A stretch of DNA of 64,000 bases from Terriglobia bacterium. GTDB lineage: Bacteria > Acidobacteriota > Terriglobia > 20CM-2-55-15. The notes below the pieces were generated by a model, which saw nothing but the letters and a program-made list of their open reading frames with translations, made no database searches and was not told the origin of the DNA. Made by a program: the position numbers and the translations under genes. The stretch spans positions 800,001 to 864,000 of the forward strand of contig CBDAOY010000007.1 in assembly GCA_965198225.1 (NCBI GenBank), given 5' to 3'. This document shows, piece by piece, positions 39,328-50,261 of this stretch; position 1 is the stretch's first letter, and the number at the start of each line of letters is the position of its first letter.

Positions 39328-39870
39328 ATGAATTACTACGGCGCGAAGGAATTGGTCTCGAGTTTCAGAACCGTCCGCGGCAATACGCTGCAGATTGCCG
39401 AGGACATTCCCGAAGATAAGTACGACTTTGTTCCGGGCGAAGGGGCACGAACCATTGGGCGACTGCTGACTCATATTGCCCTGGGTTACCGATTTCAACA
39501 TCAGGTCCACCGAGACGGTCTGGACACGCTCGAGGGAATCGATTGGCCGTCACTGTTCGAGAAGATCAACGAGGATGAGGCCAAACCCCGCACCAAGCAG
39601 GAGATCATCGATCTTCTGAAGAACGAGGGCGACATCTGGGCGAACTTTGTGGAGGGGGTTTCGGAGGAGTTCCTGGCCGAGACGGTGACGATGCCCGAGG
39701 GTTCGACTCCTCCGGCCAAGAGTCGGTTCGAGATGTGTCTCTCGGTGAAGGAGCACGAAATGCATCATCGGGGGCAACTGATGGCCGTCGAGCGGCTTCT
39801 CGGTGTCGTCCCGCACCTGACGCTCCGCATGAACGAGGCTATCGCCCAAGCGCAGGCCGCAAAAAGCTGA
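39328..39870 (+). CDS. DinB family protein
   Basis: IPEDKYDF.P...ARTIG.LLTHI, EHEMHHRGQL. Confidence 0.9.
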   Translation: MNYYGAKELVSSFRTVRGNTLQIAEDIPEDKYDFVPGEGARTIGRLLTHIALGYRFQHQVHRDGLDTLEGIDWPSLFEKINEDEAKPRTKQEIIDLLKNEGDIWANFVEGVSEEFLAETVTMPEGSTPPAKSRFEMCLSVKEHEMHHRGQLMAVERLLGVVPHLTLRMNEAIAQAQAAKS

Positions 39871-40472
39871 TGGGCGACGTGACGACTATCGATCCGGGCC
39901 GATTCCGGTCCGGATACACCTGGGAGGAGTATCTCGACCTAATCGACAGGAACCGGGATCAGTTCGAGCTCTATTACGATGCCCTGGAATTAACCGGGGG
40001 CGAGATTGAGTGGATCCGGGGCCTGGATCGCACGACCCATGTCCTCGCGATCGGGGAGCCGTGGTGTCCAGACGTGTTCACGAACCTTCCGGTTGTATCC
40101 AAGCTCGCTTCCTACAATCCGGACAGGATCGTCGTTCGAGTTTTTGCGCGCGATGAGCAGGACGACGGCACGTCGCCACCCCCACAGGATGTCGGGCGTT
40201 CACCTGATCCGGCACGTTTCAAGAACCACGACCTGATGAGCCGCTATCTCTACGGAGAGCGGCAGAGCATGTCCATTCCGGCCGTGGGCTTCTTCGACGA
40301 GAACTGGAAGGAGTTCGGCCGGTTCGTCGGCGGGCGACCACGACTGTACTGGCACTGGATCGACACCATGGGCAAGGAACGGGCTGTCCAGGAGCGGATG
40401 GGGGAATTCATGCGTCACAACCGTGGCAGGGAAATGTTCTGGGAGATCCGCCGGATCCTGGAGTTGCGCTGA
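39870..40472 (+). CDS. Thioredoxin-fold protein (WCPD, single Cys)
   Basis: TGATG coupling to dinB; IGEPWCPD, SIP. Confidence 0.8.
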   Translation: MGDVTTIDPGRFRSGYTWEEYLDLIDRNRDQFELYYDALELTGGEIEWIRGLDRTTHVLAIGEPWCPDVFTNLPVVSKLASYNPDRIVVRVFARDEQDDGTSPPPQDVGRSPDPARFKNHDLMSRYLYGERQSMSIPAVGFFDENWKEFGRFVGGRPRLYWHWIDTMGKERAVQERMGEFMRHNRGREMFWEIRRILELR

Positions 40473-40618
40473 TCGAGGTCACTCATCGAACAGGTGCCGC
40501 GAGAGAACCAATGTGAGGGGGACAGGGGTACAGCCCTGTCCCCGGGCGTTGGCTGAGCAGCAAGGTCCGGGAACGCCGGATCGCAAGTCTTCTATTGGAC
40601 ATTGAAGGACGTCAAGTT

Positions 40619-40690
40619 GGTGTAGGTGCGGTCTATGACCGCACGTTGTTAAGACCCGAGAAGTGTGCGGTCATAGACCGCACCTACACC
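40619..40690. repeat. GTAG REPIN doublet
   Basis: Both arms are the GTGCGGTC-TAT-GACCGCAC variant. Confidence 0.88.
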
Positions 40691-40697
40691 CAACTGA

Positions 40698-43309
40698 CTA
40701 CTGATTCCCCTCCCACTCCGAACACCACGGGGCCATCGCGTCCAGCCAGTCCATCCCGGGATCGCCGATGGGCGCCCCCGGGGGCGCCGTCACGGCGGCA
40801 GGCTGCGTAAACGCTTCGGCTGGCCGCGAGAGGAACCGCTCGATGTCGGTCGCCAGCAGATCGTAGTGTGCGCGATCGGACGTATTCGCCCGGCCGGCGT
40901 CCGAGACGAGGCGCTGGCTGATCTCCTTCAACCGGTAGTTCGCGACCGCACGTACCTGCGGCATGCCGGCCCGCGAGGCCAGCGCCGCCAGCTCGTCGAT
41001 AACGACCCGCTCGACCGCTCGCCCGATCTCCGCCTCGTATTCGCTGGCGGGCTGTACTCCGAACGTGCCGGCCAGCAGTTCGCTGATCACCTCGTCCAGC
41101 CCGGGCAGGTTGGAGTCCAGGGCATGCTGCTGGACGAGTCGAGCGGCTCGTTGAGAATTCAAGATATTGCTGACGGCGATTCGAGACAGGGTTACCGCCG
41201 GCGACACGGTGTCGAACATCCTCCCAGTCTGACGCGGGAACATCTCACGGTGCGCACCGTAGCCGGACGGTCTGGGTGGCAGGTTGTTCAGCACGCTGTC
41301 GGGAAGAGCCAGTTCGGCCGGGTGGAGTGTCTCCATGAGTGCGGCGAGGATCTTCCGCTGTTCGCCGCCCGGGATTCTCTCCATCGGCGTCTGTCCGTCT
41401 CCACGTAACGCGTAGCTGTAGTAGATACCGCCCAGGCCGGATGCGGCCGCCTCGATCTGGTAGCGGTGGTGCAGGTAGAGCGGAACGAGTGCCTCCTCCA
41501 TCGTCGCCAGCGGCATGCCGAGTTTGATGGAGCGCTCGTCGAAACGATTCAACGCGGTGCGGCGCAACTCCATCATGCGTTCGAGCTCCACCGCAGCATC
41601 GCGACCGTTCGCCCACTGGTGTACCAGTGGATTGACCTGCAGATCCTGGTTACTCATGTAAACCATCCCGCGTGCCCGTGCGTCGGCGAGGATCTGGTCG
41701 AGAGCCGCCTTCTTGTCGGTGCCCTCGGGAAAGTCCTCGTAGGCCCATTCGACGAAGACGTTGTCCCACTCCCCGATCCCGACGTCATAGGCTTCGCTCA
41801 GGTCCAGGCTGCCGTCGGACTGTTGGGTGATGAGTGGGTGCGGATAATCCAGCACCGAAACCCGGCCCAGCGCGCTCGCATAGTAGTTGTGTCCGAATCC
41901 GAGGGTGTGACCCACCTCGTGCGCAGAGAGCTGTCGAATACGGGCCAGAGCCAGCTCGGCCAGCTCGGGCGGGGTCTCGGTACCGTTTTGGTATGGCGAG
42001 AGCAAGCCTTCAGCGATCAGGTAGTCCTGGCGGACCCGTAACGATCCGAGTGTGACCTGACCCCGGATGATTTCGCCGGTGCGCGGATCGGTCACTGAGC
42101 CACCGGAACTCCACCCGCGAGTCGACCGATGAACCCAGTTGATTACGTTGTAACGCACGTCCATCTTGTCGGCGCCTTCCGGCATGACCTCGACCTGGAA
42201 CGCGTCCCTGTAGCCCGCCGCTTCGAACGCCTGGTTCCACCATCGAGCCCCGTCGATCTTGTCGGCGCCTTCCGGCCCTCGACCTGGAACGCGTCCCTGT
42301 AGCCCGCCGCTTCGAACGCCTGGTTCCACCATCGAGCCCCGTCGAGCAGCGCCGACCGGACGGGCTCGGGAACGCCGCGATCCAGGTAGTACACGATGGG
42401 TTCCACCGGTTCGCTGAGCTCGGCGGTCGGATCCTTTTTCTTCAGCCGATGCCGCCGCGCGAACCGCTTCGTCATCGGTTGGCCCAGAGGTGTGGAATAG
42501 TCCTGGTAGGTGAGGGCTCCGACGCCGGAGCGCGGATCCGCCGGGCGGGGCTCAAACCCCGGTCCGGGCAGCTGCACGAGCGAGTGATGCTGTCGCAGCG
42601 TGACCGCGCTCGAGGTCGGCGTGACGGTGCCCACCCGGCTCGAGGGCTGATCGCTCGTGTAGGTCAGCAGGACATCCATCTCGGTGTTATTCGGGAAAGC
42701 CTTCGTATTGGCCAAATGAACGGCGCTGCGGGAGGCGTCGAGTTTGTAGGTCGCCTGCTCCCGTTGCCGCAATCGACCGATGACGTTGTGGGCGTCACGG
42801 ATCAGAAAACTGGTGGTGTCGACCAGCACGCGTCCGTCGGTCTCTGCCGCGACCTCGAAACCGAAAAGGACGGACTTTGCGAATCCTTCCTCCACGGCGC
42901 GTCGCTCGTCGGCGCTCTCGCTCGTCGCGCGGTACCTGTAGTTGGGTTGAATCATGAGGATCTTGGGTCCGACCCGTTGGAACGACACGATACGGGTACC
43001 TCCGGACTGGCCGCGGTCCAGGCCGATGTCGTTCGAGCCTAGACCGGCCGAGAGGCCGCGAACGTAGAGAACTTCCGTGTCGAAACGTGAAATCTCCAGC
43101 CAGAGCTTGCCTTCCGTCTCGTCCCAGTACATCGGAAAGAAACCGTCCATCTTTCGCATACCTGCGGCCTTCTCTTCGATCGAGGGCGTGTCTGGGTTGG
43201 AATTCCGGCCGGACTGAGCCGCCAGCATGGTGAACGAGCCCGCCAACAACGCCGAGATGACCGCTACGACGAGTCTGGATGAGATGTTTCGGTTGACCTC
43301 ATTGGTCAT
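40698..43309 (-). CDS. Exported zinc metalloprotease (DUF5117/DUF4953 type), interrupted by a tandem duplication at 42163-42344
   Basis: Signal peptide, PIVYYLD, TDPRTGEII, AHEVGHTLGFGH, SVLDYP. Confidence 0.85.
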
Positions 43310-43493
43310 GGGGATCCTCCTTGCCGTGCCCGAACGCCGAGCCACGGCCGCAAGTTACAGGAACTAGGATTGCAAGGTGCTTGCTTCGAGCAAGAATTCG
43401 GGAAGCTTATATTAGTTTCTCGAGAAGCGTCAATCGATCTGACCGCCCGGGCATCGAGACACTGAAATGGCGCGTTCCAGGGGTTTGAGGTAA

Positions 43494-43628
43494 CATACCG
43501 GCAAAGCTGGCGCACAACATGTGTGCACCGGCAAGTTTCGCAAGTGCAAGATCGTGGGTGAGTTCGGGCTGCGCAGCACAGCCGAAATCACGCGACACGC
43601 CGTCAAATACGACTTCGTTCCTGTCTGA
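43494..43628 (+). pseudogene. Decayed LuxR/NarL-type HTH remnant
   Basis: Frame reads KFRKCKIVGEFGLRSTAEITRHAVKYDFV, matching the NarL C-terminal pattern; no start or receiver domain. Confidence 0.5.
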
Positions 43629-43730
43629 CCTGACGCCTTCCCCGACGGCAGTTCGGTCACACGCTCTAAACCTCATGCTAAGCGTGATGTAATTACAGTT
43701 TTTACTGTAGTTATAGTAAATCCTGCTGCC

Positions 43731-46700
43731 ATGGTAGGATGTCGGTATATGACTGGTACAAAAGCATCCCGAGGGACGACTCTGGCGATCAACGCTTTGT
43801 TCGTCGGCGGTGAGGAGAGCCAGGCCCGCCGGTTGGGAGGGCTCCTTCGGGAATCACTTGAGTACCGGTTCCGGATACAGCATTGCGCTCGACTGGAGGC
43901 GGCTCCTGAGGAGGCCGCACGATTCAGCGCGGACCTCGTCCTACTGGATCCGTCTTCGAACGGAATGGTCGACAAGGAAACGTTCCGCTCCGTCGTCGGG
44001 AAGCTTCCCGGAGTTCCTTTGGTCATCATCGATCAGGGCTTTGAGCGCTGGTTCGCGGACGAGTTGCCTTCACAATCCGATCCCTCCGAGAATGAACGGT
44101 TTGGCGCCCTCCCTTTGTTCCATGCCGTTAGAACCGCCGCCGAGCAGAAGAGGAGCAGGGTCCGTCTCGAGCAGGTCGAATCCAAGACGAAGATTCCCCC
44201 CTCCGAAGACGTCACCCGCATCGAGGGCGAGCTACGGAGGAGCGAAGAGCGGTATCGACTCCTGTTCGATTACGCTCCGATCGCGATGTGGGAAACGGAC
44301 TACTCGGCGGTCGCCGATTGGTTGGACTCGGTGCGACAGAAAGGTGTTGAAGATCTACTTGCCCATATCGAAAGCAATCCCGACGAGTTTCGGGCACTCC
44401 AGCAACCCAGGGCTCCGAGGCGAGTCAACTTGGCGACTTTGAGGCTGTTCGAAGCACAAGGTGAGGAAGAGTTCTTCGAGAAGATTCCGGTTCTGCCCCA
44501 ACCCGACCTTGCGCGCGTTGGCAAGGAGTTCCTTCTCGCGCTGTGGGAGGGACGAGATCATCTGCGGACCGAAGCCCGGGCTGTGACGCTTGGCGGCCGC
44601 CCGATCGATATCGTGCTCAGCATCAGGATTCCTGCCGGAGATCTCTCGCGCACCGTTCTGGCAGTCGTCGACATCACCGATGTCAAGCTGGCCGAGGAAG
44701 CGCTCCAGACGGCGAACACGTTCCTCGAAGAAGGCCAGCGCGTGGCCGGGCTCGGAATCTGGGAGTTCGACTTCGCCACTGAAAAGATCCGGGGCTCCGA
44801 AGAGTTTCTCCGGATGTACGGCCTGGAACCCGGTCAGGGCTGGGTCGAGCGGAACGCGACCCGGCAAGCCATCCACCCCGACGACCACCAGGTCGGCGAT
44901 CGCGCCTTCCGGCAGACCCTCGAAACCGGAAGTAGCGAGGCCGAGCACCGCGTTGTTCGGCCGGACGGCTCTATCCGCTACGTCCAGGTCCGAACGCGCC
45001 TCGAGAGAGACAGCGATGGAGCGCCGGCGCGGGCAGTCGGAGTTTCTCTGGACATCACAGAGAGGAAGGTTGCCGAGCGGGCGCTCTGGGCGAGCGAGGA
45101 GCGCTACAGGCTGCTCTTCGATGAAGCCCCGATCGCGTTGTGGGAATCCGAGTACTCGGGAGTCGCCGATTGGTTGAAACGCCTTCGAGCCGAGGGTGTG
45201 ACCGACATCGGCGGCTACCTCGATGACCACGAGGACGAATTGCTCGAAGTCGCCGGTACCATCCGCCAGGTGGCGGCGAATCAGGCCACCGTGAAGCTCT
45301 TTGGCGCCCGTTCGAAGCAGGAGTTGCTCGAACAGTTCCCCCGGCTTCGGCAGAATAGGGGACTCCACGTCATAAAGCACCTTCTGAAGCGGATGTGGGA
45401 CGGTCACACGACCGCCCAGCACGAGTCACCTGCCCGCAGGTTCGATGGAGAGGAAATCGAACTCTTCGCCACCTGGTCGGTGCCAATGGTCGCCGGGCAG
45501 CAGGATTTCACGAAGGCCATCGTCTCGGGTACCGACGTCACGGCGCGGAGGGTGGCGGAACGAGCCCTGGAGAAGAACGAACGCCTGCTGCGGACGATAA
45601 CCGACAACCTGCCCGCACTCATTTCCTACGTCGGCCGCGATCTTCGCTACCTCTTCGTCAACAGGGGTTACGAAGAGGTGTTCGGATGCCCCGCGGAAGA
45701 GATAGTGGGCAAGCACGTGCGGGATCTCCTCGGCCGGGAGTATTACAGGCAGTACGAATCCGTCATCTCGAGGGTCCTGGCGGGGGAGGAGACGACGTCG
45801 GAGGGCCGGCTCCGAACCGCATCAGGCGACGAGCGTTGGGTGATGGTCCGCTACGTCCCTGACTACGGGGCCGATCGAAAGGTTGTCGGATTCTTCACGC
45901 TGGTTTCCGACATCACCGAGCGAAGGCAGGCTGAGGAAGAATCTCGTCGCACCAAAGAGAGGAACCAGCGTTTCGTCGAGGCCAGTCCCGCGATGATTTA
46001 CAGCGCAAAGGCTTTCGGCGACACCAACGCCACGTTCATGAGTGAGAATATTCGGACATACCTCGGCTACGAGCCATCGGAGTTCACGGACACTCCCCGT
46101 TTCTGGAGGGACAACATCCACCCCGACGATTTCGACCGTGTCGTGAAAGAACACTCTCGCCTGTTTGAAACAGAAGCGGAATCGATCACACACGAGTACC
46201 GGTTCCGTCACAAGGACGGATCGTATCGTGTGATGAACGACAGCTTGCGCTTGATCCGCGACGAAGAAGGGAACCCGTCGGAGATCGTGGGGTTCTGGGT
46301 CGACGTCACCGAAGGGCGGGCGTTGGAAGAACGTTTCCAGCAGTCCCAGAAGATGGAATCGGTCGGGCGCCTGGCTGGCGGGATCGCCCACGATTTCAAC
46401 AACCTGCTTACCGTCATCGTCGGATACGTCGATCTGATGCGGGAACGCTTCGACGAGCGTGCGGCCCCGGAGTTGGTCGGGATGGAAAAAGCGGCGCGAC
46501 GGGCGGTCGACCTTACCAGCCAGTTGCTTGCTTTCAGCCGCCGCCAGCGACTGCGACCGGTCGTTCTCGACCTCAACGCCGTTATCGAAGAGCAAACTCA
46601 GATCCTGCAGCGCCTGATCGGCGAGGAGGTGGAATTCCGGACCCTGCTGGATTCGGAAATTGCACCTGTGAAGGCCGACGGCGTCCAGATCGTGCAGGTC

Positions 46701-47486
46701 TTGATGAACCTCGCCGTGAACGCGCGCGATGCGATGCCGAACGGGGGCATCCTCACGGTTGAGACGTACAACATGGACCTGTCGGGCGACGAAGCGGCGG
46801 ACCTGGGCCTGGATCCGGGCACCTATTCATGTTTCTCCGTCGGCGACACGGGGACGGGTATGGATCCAGAAATCAAGGCGCACATGTTCGAACCGTTTTT
46901 CACCACGAAAGATCAAGCTGCAGGAACAGGCCTGGGCCTATCGACCGTCCACGGCATCGTGCGACAAAGTGGGGGTGCGGTCGAGGTCGACAGCGCTCCG
47001 GCGGAGAGGACGCGGGTCCGCGTTTACCTGGCTGCGACGACGGAAAGCGTTCCGGCACGCAGGAATCCCGATCCCCTCGACCCCGCCGGAGAAACACCCG
47101 CCCAGACGATCCTGGTCGTCGAGGACGACGAGTTCGTCCGTCGCTTGAGCATGGAGATCCTGAGACGACGTGGATACCAGGTGCTGGAGGCGAGCAACGG
47201 TGCCGAGGCGATCGAGAAATTTCAGGCCGAAAACGGGATCGATCTTGTGCTGACCGACATCGTCATGCCCGGGATGCGCGGCACGGAACTGGCCGAACAG
47301 CTCAAGGAAACACGCCCCGGCATCAGGATCCTGTTCATGTCCGCATACACGGACGATCGGACCGGCGCAGCCGCGCTGGGTACCGACGCGCCCTTCATCC
47401 CCAAGCCCTTCACACCGGACTCCTTGATCCGCAAGGTTCGCGAGGTGCTCGACACGCCCAGCTCCAGGCGGGGCAAGGGAGCCTGA
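43731..47486 (+). CDS. Multi-PAS hybrid histidine kinase with C-terminal receiver
   Basis: Several PAS/PAC (IHPDD), QKMESVGRLAGGIAHDFNNLL, NARDAM, FFTTK, GTGLGL, TDIVMP. Confidence 0.93.
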   Translation: MVGCRYMTGTKASRGTTLAINALFVGGEESQARRLGGLLRESLEYRFRIQHCARLEAAPEEAARFSADLVLLDPSSNGMVDKETFRSVVGKLPGVPLVIIDQGFERWFADELPSQSDPSENERFGALPLFHAVRTAAEQKRSRVRLEQVESKTKIPPSEDVTRIEGELRRSEERYRLLFDYAPIAMWETDYSAVADWLDSVRQKGVEDLLAHIESNPDEFRALQQPRAPRRVNLATLRLFEAQGEEEFFEKIPVLPQPDLARVGKEFLLALWEGRDHLRTEARAVTLGGRPIDIVLSIRIPAGDLSRTVLAVVDITDVKLAEEALQTANTFLEEGQRVAGLGIWEFDFATEKIRGSEEFLRMYGLEPGQGWVERNATRQAIHPDDHQVGDRAFRQTLETGSSEAEHRVVRPDGSIRYVQVRTRLERDSDGAPARAVGVSLDITERKVAERALWASEERYRLLFDEAPIALWESEYSGVADWLKRLRAEGVTDIGGYLDDHEDELLEVAGTIRQVAANQATVKLFGARSKQELLEQFPRLRQNRGLHVIKHLLKRMWDGHTTAQHESPARRFDGEEIELFATWSVPMVAGQQDFTKAIVSGTDVTARRVAERALEKNERLLRTITDNLPALISYVGRDLRYLFVNRGYEEVFGCPAEEIVGKHVRDLLGREYYRQYESVISRVLAGEETTSEGRLRTASGDERWVMVRYVPDYGADRKVVGFFTLVSDITERRQAEEESRRTKERNQRFVEASPAMIYSAKAFGDTNATFMSENIRTYLGYEPSEFTDTPRFWRDNIHPDDFDRVVKEHSRLFETEAESITHEYRFRHKDGSYRVMNDSLRLIRDEEGNPSEIVGFWVDVTEGRALEERFQQSQKMESVGRLAGGIAHDFNNLLTVIVGYVDLMRERFDERAAPELVGMEKAARRAVDLTSQLLAFSRRQRLRPVVLDLNAVIEEQTQILQRLIGEEVEFRTLLDSEIAPVKADGVQIVQVLMNLAVNARDAMPNGGILTVETYNMDLSGDEAADLGLDPGTYSCFSVGDTGTGMDPEIKAHMFEPFFTTKDQAAGTGLGLSTVHGIVRQSGGAVEVDSAPAERTRVRVYLAATTESVPARRNPDPLDPAGETPAQTILVVEDDEFVRRLSMEILRRRGYQVLEASNGAEAIEKFQAENGIDLVLTDIVMPGMRGTELAEQLKETRPGIRILFMSAYTDDRTGAAALGTDAPFIPKPFTPDSLIRKVREVLDTPSSRRGKGA

Positions 47487-47499
47487 GGCGACGGGACGG

Positions 47500-48933
47500 T
47501 TATCGGGGCCTGCGGATCGCACGTCCGGGATGGACGTTTTCGATGAACCTGGTGCCCCGGACGACGAAAGTACCGCCGACGATCACGTGAACGATGCCGC
47601 GCGACGCCTGCGCCGGTTCGGCGAACGTGGCGCGGTCCAGCACGGTCTTGGAGTCGAAGATCGTGATGTCCGCGTCCGCTCCCACACGGATGCGTCCCTT
47701 CGCCCGCATCTGAGGTACGGCCGTGGCGAGCCGCTCTGCGGGCATGAACGTCATCTTTCTCAAGGCCTCCATCAGGCTCAGCGTTCCCCGCTCCCGGACG
47801 TAGCGTCCGAGCACTCTCGAAAACGACCCGGCACCCCGCGGATGAGCCCGCCCGTTGACGAACCCGACGCCGTCGCTGGCGACCATCACGATCGGGTGCG
47901 CCAAGGCGGCCTCGACCGATTCTTCGGGAATGATGTGAAGGATGATCATCCCTCCCTGTTCCCGGTACCGGTTGAACGTCTCTTCGGTCGTCCTCTCGCC
48001 CGTCGCGACCCATTCGATGTCGCCGTAGTCGGCCCCGAGTCGCCCACGCCATCCCGGATCGAGGATTGCGGCGCGAATGTTCGTCGATGCGGCGGTGTAA
48101 GGGTAAACCTCTGTCGTGACGTCGAGACCCCGTGTTTGCGCCGTGTCGATCATCTCGAGCAACAGGGGGACCTGGCCGAGACCGCTGCTTCCGATGTGGA
48201 CGATGTGAACCGAGGCATCGGCCGCGGCCGCGTTGGCGATCATCTCCTGGACGGCTTCCACGCTGCTGCCGGGGTCGATCCGTCCCGCGAAGCGGACATG
48301 GACGAAATTGACTACCCCTTCTTCCGAAGCGACCCGGAACATCCGGTAGATCTCCTCCCGGCTCGCGCCGGGCACGTATTGGATGCCGAATCCGATGCCG
48401 AGCGACCCCTGTTCGAGCCCTTCGCGAAGCCGCGTCTCCATCTCCGCTATCTGGTCCGGCGTCGCGGCTTCGTATACCGCGTTTTCCTCGCCCAGGGCCG
48501 CAAGGCGCACGCGACCGTGAGAAACCGTCGCGCCGAAGTTGATCGATGCCCGGCCTTCCCGCTCGGCGTACCACTCCGCGACGGGATAGACGCCGCCTTC
48601 CAGTTCGAGCGCGGTTGTGACTCCGTCCAGCGCCTGGAGGCGGCTGCTGAAAGGATCCTGGCCGTGAGCATGCAGGTCGACGAATCCGGGAGCGACGACG
48701 AGGCCGGTCGCGTCTATAGAATCGTGCCCGTCGAGTGGGTCGACCGATATTGCCACAATTCGGCCGTCGCGGATGCCCACGTGCCGGACCGCGTCCAGGC
48801 CTGACTCGGGATCCATGACCCGACCGTTCGCGATGACGACGTCAAACGTCTGGGTCCGCAAAGCGAAAGAAGTTGAGGTGCCAAAGCACAGGACGGCCAG
48901 AATGGCCAGCCATCTGGAACACTGTTGAATCAC
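47500..48933 (-). CDS. Exported N-acyl-D-amino-acid deacylase/dihydroorotase-like amidohydrolase
   Basis: APGFVDLHAH, EVYPY, ASDG, HPRGAG, GADADI. Confidence 0.85.
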   Translation of the reverse strand: MIQQCSRWLAILAVLCFGTSTSFALRTQTFDVVIANGRVMDPESGLDAVRHVGIRDGRIVAISVDPLDGHDSIDATGLVVAPGFVDLHAHGQDPFSSRLQALDGVTTALELEGGVYPVAEWYAEREGRASINFGATVSHGRVRLAALGEENAVYEAATPDQIAEMETRLREGLEQGSLGIGFGIQYVPGASREEIYRMFRVASEEGVVNFVHVRFAGRIDPGSSVEAVQEMIANAAAADASVHIVHIGSSGLGQVPLLLEMIDTAQTRGLDVTTEVYPYTAASTNIRAAILDPGWRGRLGADYGDIEWVATGERTTEETFNRYREQGGMIILHIIPEESVEAALAHPIVMVASDGVGFVNGRAHPRGAGSFSRVLGRYVRERGTLSLMEALRKMTFMPAERLATAVPQMRAKGRIRVGADADITIFDSKTVLDRATFAEPAQASRGIVHVIVGGTFVVRGTRFIENVHPGRAIRRPR

Positions 48934-48948
48934 GCTAGCCTCCGGAAA

Positions 48949-50169
48949 CTAGTTCCTCGCCTGTGGCAGGTTCTTGTAGACCTTGCCGCCCTTCATCACG
49001 AACACGACCCGATTGACAGCGGAAACATCCTCGAGCGGGTTTCCGTCGAGGGCGATGATGTCGGCCTCGAAGCCGGCCGCAATACGCCCGATCTCCTCCC
49101 CCAGGTTCAAGGACTCGGCCGCCAGCGATGTTGCCGACACCACCGCATCCATCGGGTCCTGTCCCGCGTCCCGGACCCTGTAGATCAGTTCTTCCTGATT
49201 CCGGCCGAGGGCGCCGGCGACCGCATCGGTGCCGTAAACGATATTCGCGCCGCCCTTCGCCAGAGCCCGCTTCATCGTATCGAGAACAACGGGAACGAGA
49301 TTCGTCATCGAGGAGAACCCCTCTTCGGTGAAGTTTCCGATGCCGAGATATCGGTCCTTGTTGGAAACGTAGTTTTCGATGACGAGGCCGAAGTGCGGAT
49401 CCCAATAGGTGCCGCGATCGATCAGAAGGTCGATCACCTCGTCGCTCATGCTCGACCCGTGTTCGATACCGGTACATCCGGCAACTATCGCCGATCGGAT
49501 CGACTCCGACCCGTGTGCATGAACCACACTGCGGAGGCCCGCCTCGGCGGCAGTTCCGCACGCGGCGCTCATCTGTTCGTCGGTCAGCGTCGGGTCGCCT
49601 CCGTCCCTGGCGCTTTCGGAGCCGAATATCTTCACGACGTCGGCACCCTCCGCCGAAAGCTCGCGGACGAACGCGCGAATCTGTGCCGGGCTGCCCGTGT
49701 CGCGGGTGACGGCTTCGACCGCAGTCAGGACTCGAGGCCCTGGGAAGTTGCCCCGGGCGATTGCGTCCCGCACCGGTATGTCGTACGGGCTGGCGACGCT
49801 CTGGACGGTCGTAAACCCGGCCATGAGGACCGCGTACGCGTTTTCGACGGAATAGAGAATCTGTTCCTGGGGCGCCTCGTGGGAGTCGGGACCGTGCGCC
49901 CGCCCGTCATCGTCGAAATGACCGTTCAGGTGGATGTGTGTATCGATCAGGCCGGGAAGGACTGTCAGTCCACGCAAGTCGTACGTGGTGTCCTCGGCTC
50001 CTGAATCCGTTCCGACGATCCGTGAGCCTTCGACGATGATGTTGGTGTCGCGGATGATGTTGCCCGTGCCATCCAGGATGACGTCGGTTTTCAGGATGAT
50101 CTGGTCCTGGGCAAGACCCATCAAAGGGCAGGTCACAAGGATGAAAGCGAGGCAGAGAACGCGTTTCAT
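48949..50169 (-). CDS. Exported amidohydrolase (Xaa-Pro dipeptidase-like)
   Basis: LPGLIDTHIH, HAHG, IEHG, GTDA, GFEADII. Confidence 0.85.
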   Translation of the reverse strand: MKRVLCLAFILVTCPLMGLAQDQIILKTDVILDGTGNIIRDTNIIVEGSRIVGTDSGAEDTTYDLRGLTVLPGLIDTHIHLNGHFDDDGRAHGPDSHEAPQEQILYSVENAYAVLMAGFTTVQSVASPYDIPVRDAIARGNFPGPRVLTAVEAVTRDTGSPAQIRAFVRELSAEGADVVKIFGSESARDGGDPTLTDEQMSAACGTAAEAGLRSVVHAHGSESIRSAIVAGCTGIEHGSSMSDEVIDLLIDRGTYWDPHFGLVIENYVSNKDRYLGIGNFTEEGFSSMTNLVPVVLDTMKRALAKGGANIVYGTDAVAGALGRNQEELIYRVRDAGQDPMDAVVSATSLAAESLNLGEEIGRIAAGFEADIIALDGNPLEDVSAVNRVVFVMKGGKVYKNLPQARN

Positions 50170-50261
50170 GAATCCCTCCGGTCCGTGTCGGCTGGGAGTC
50201 CGACCGGCACGGTAGATTATAGTGAAACTGTAAGTGTTGCGATTCGTGATTTGAGGCACCG

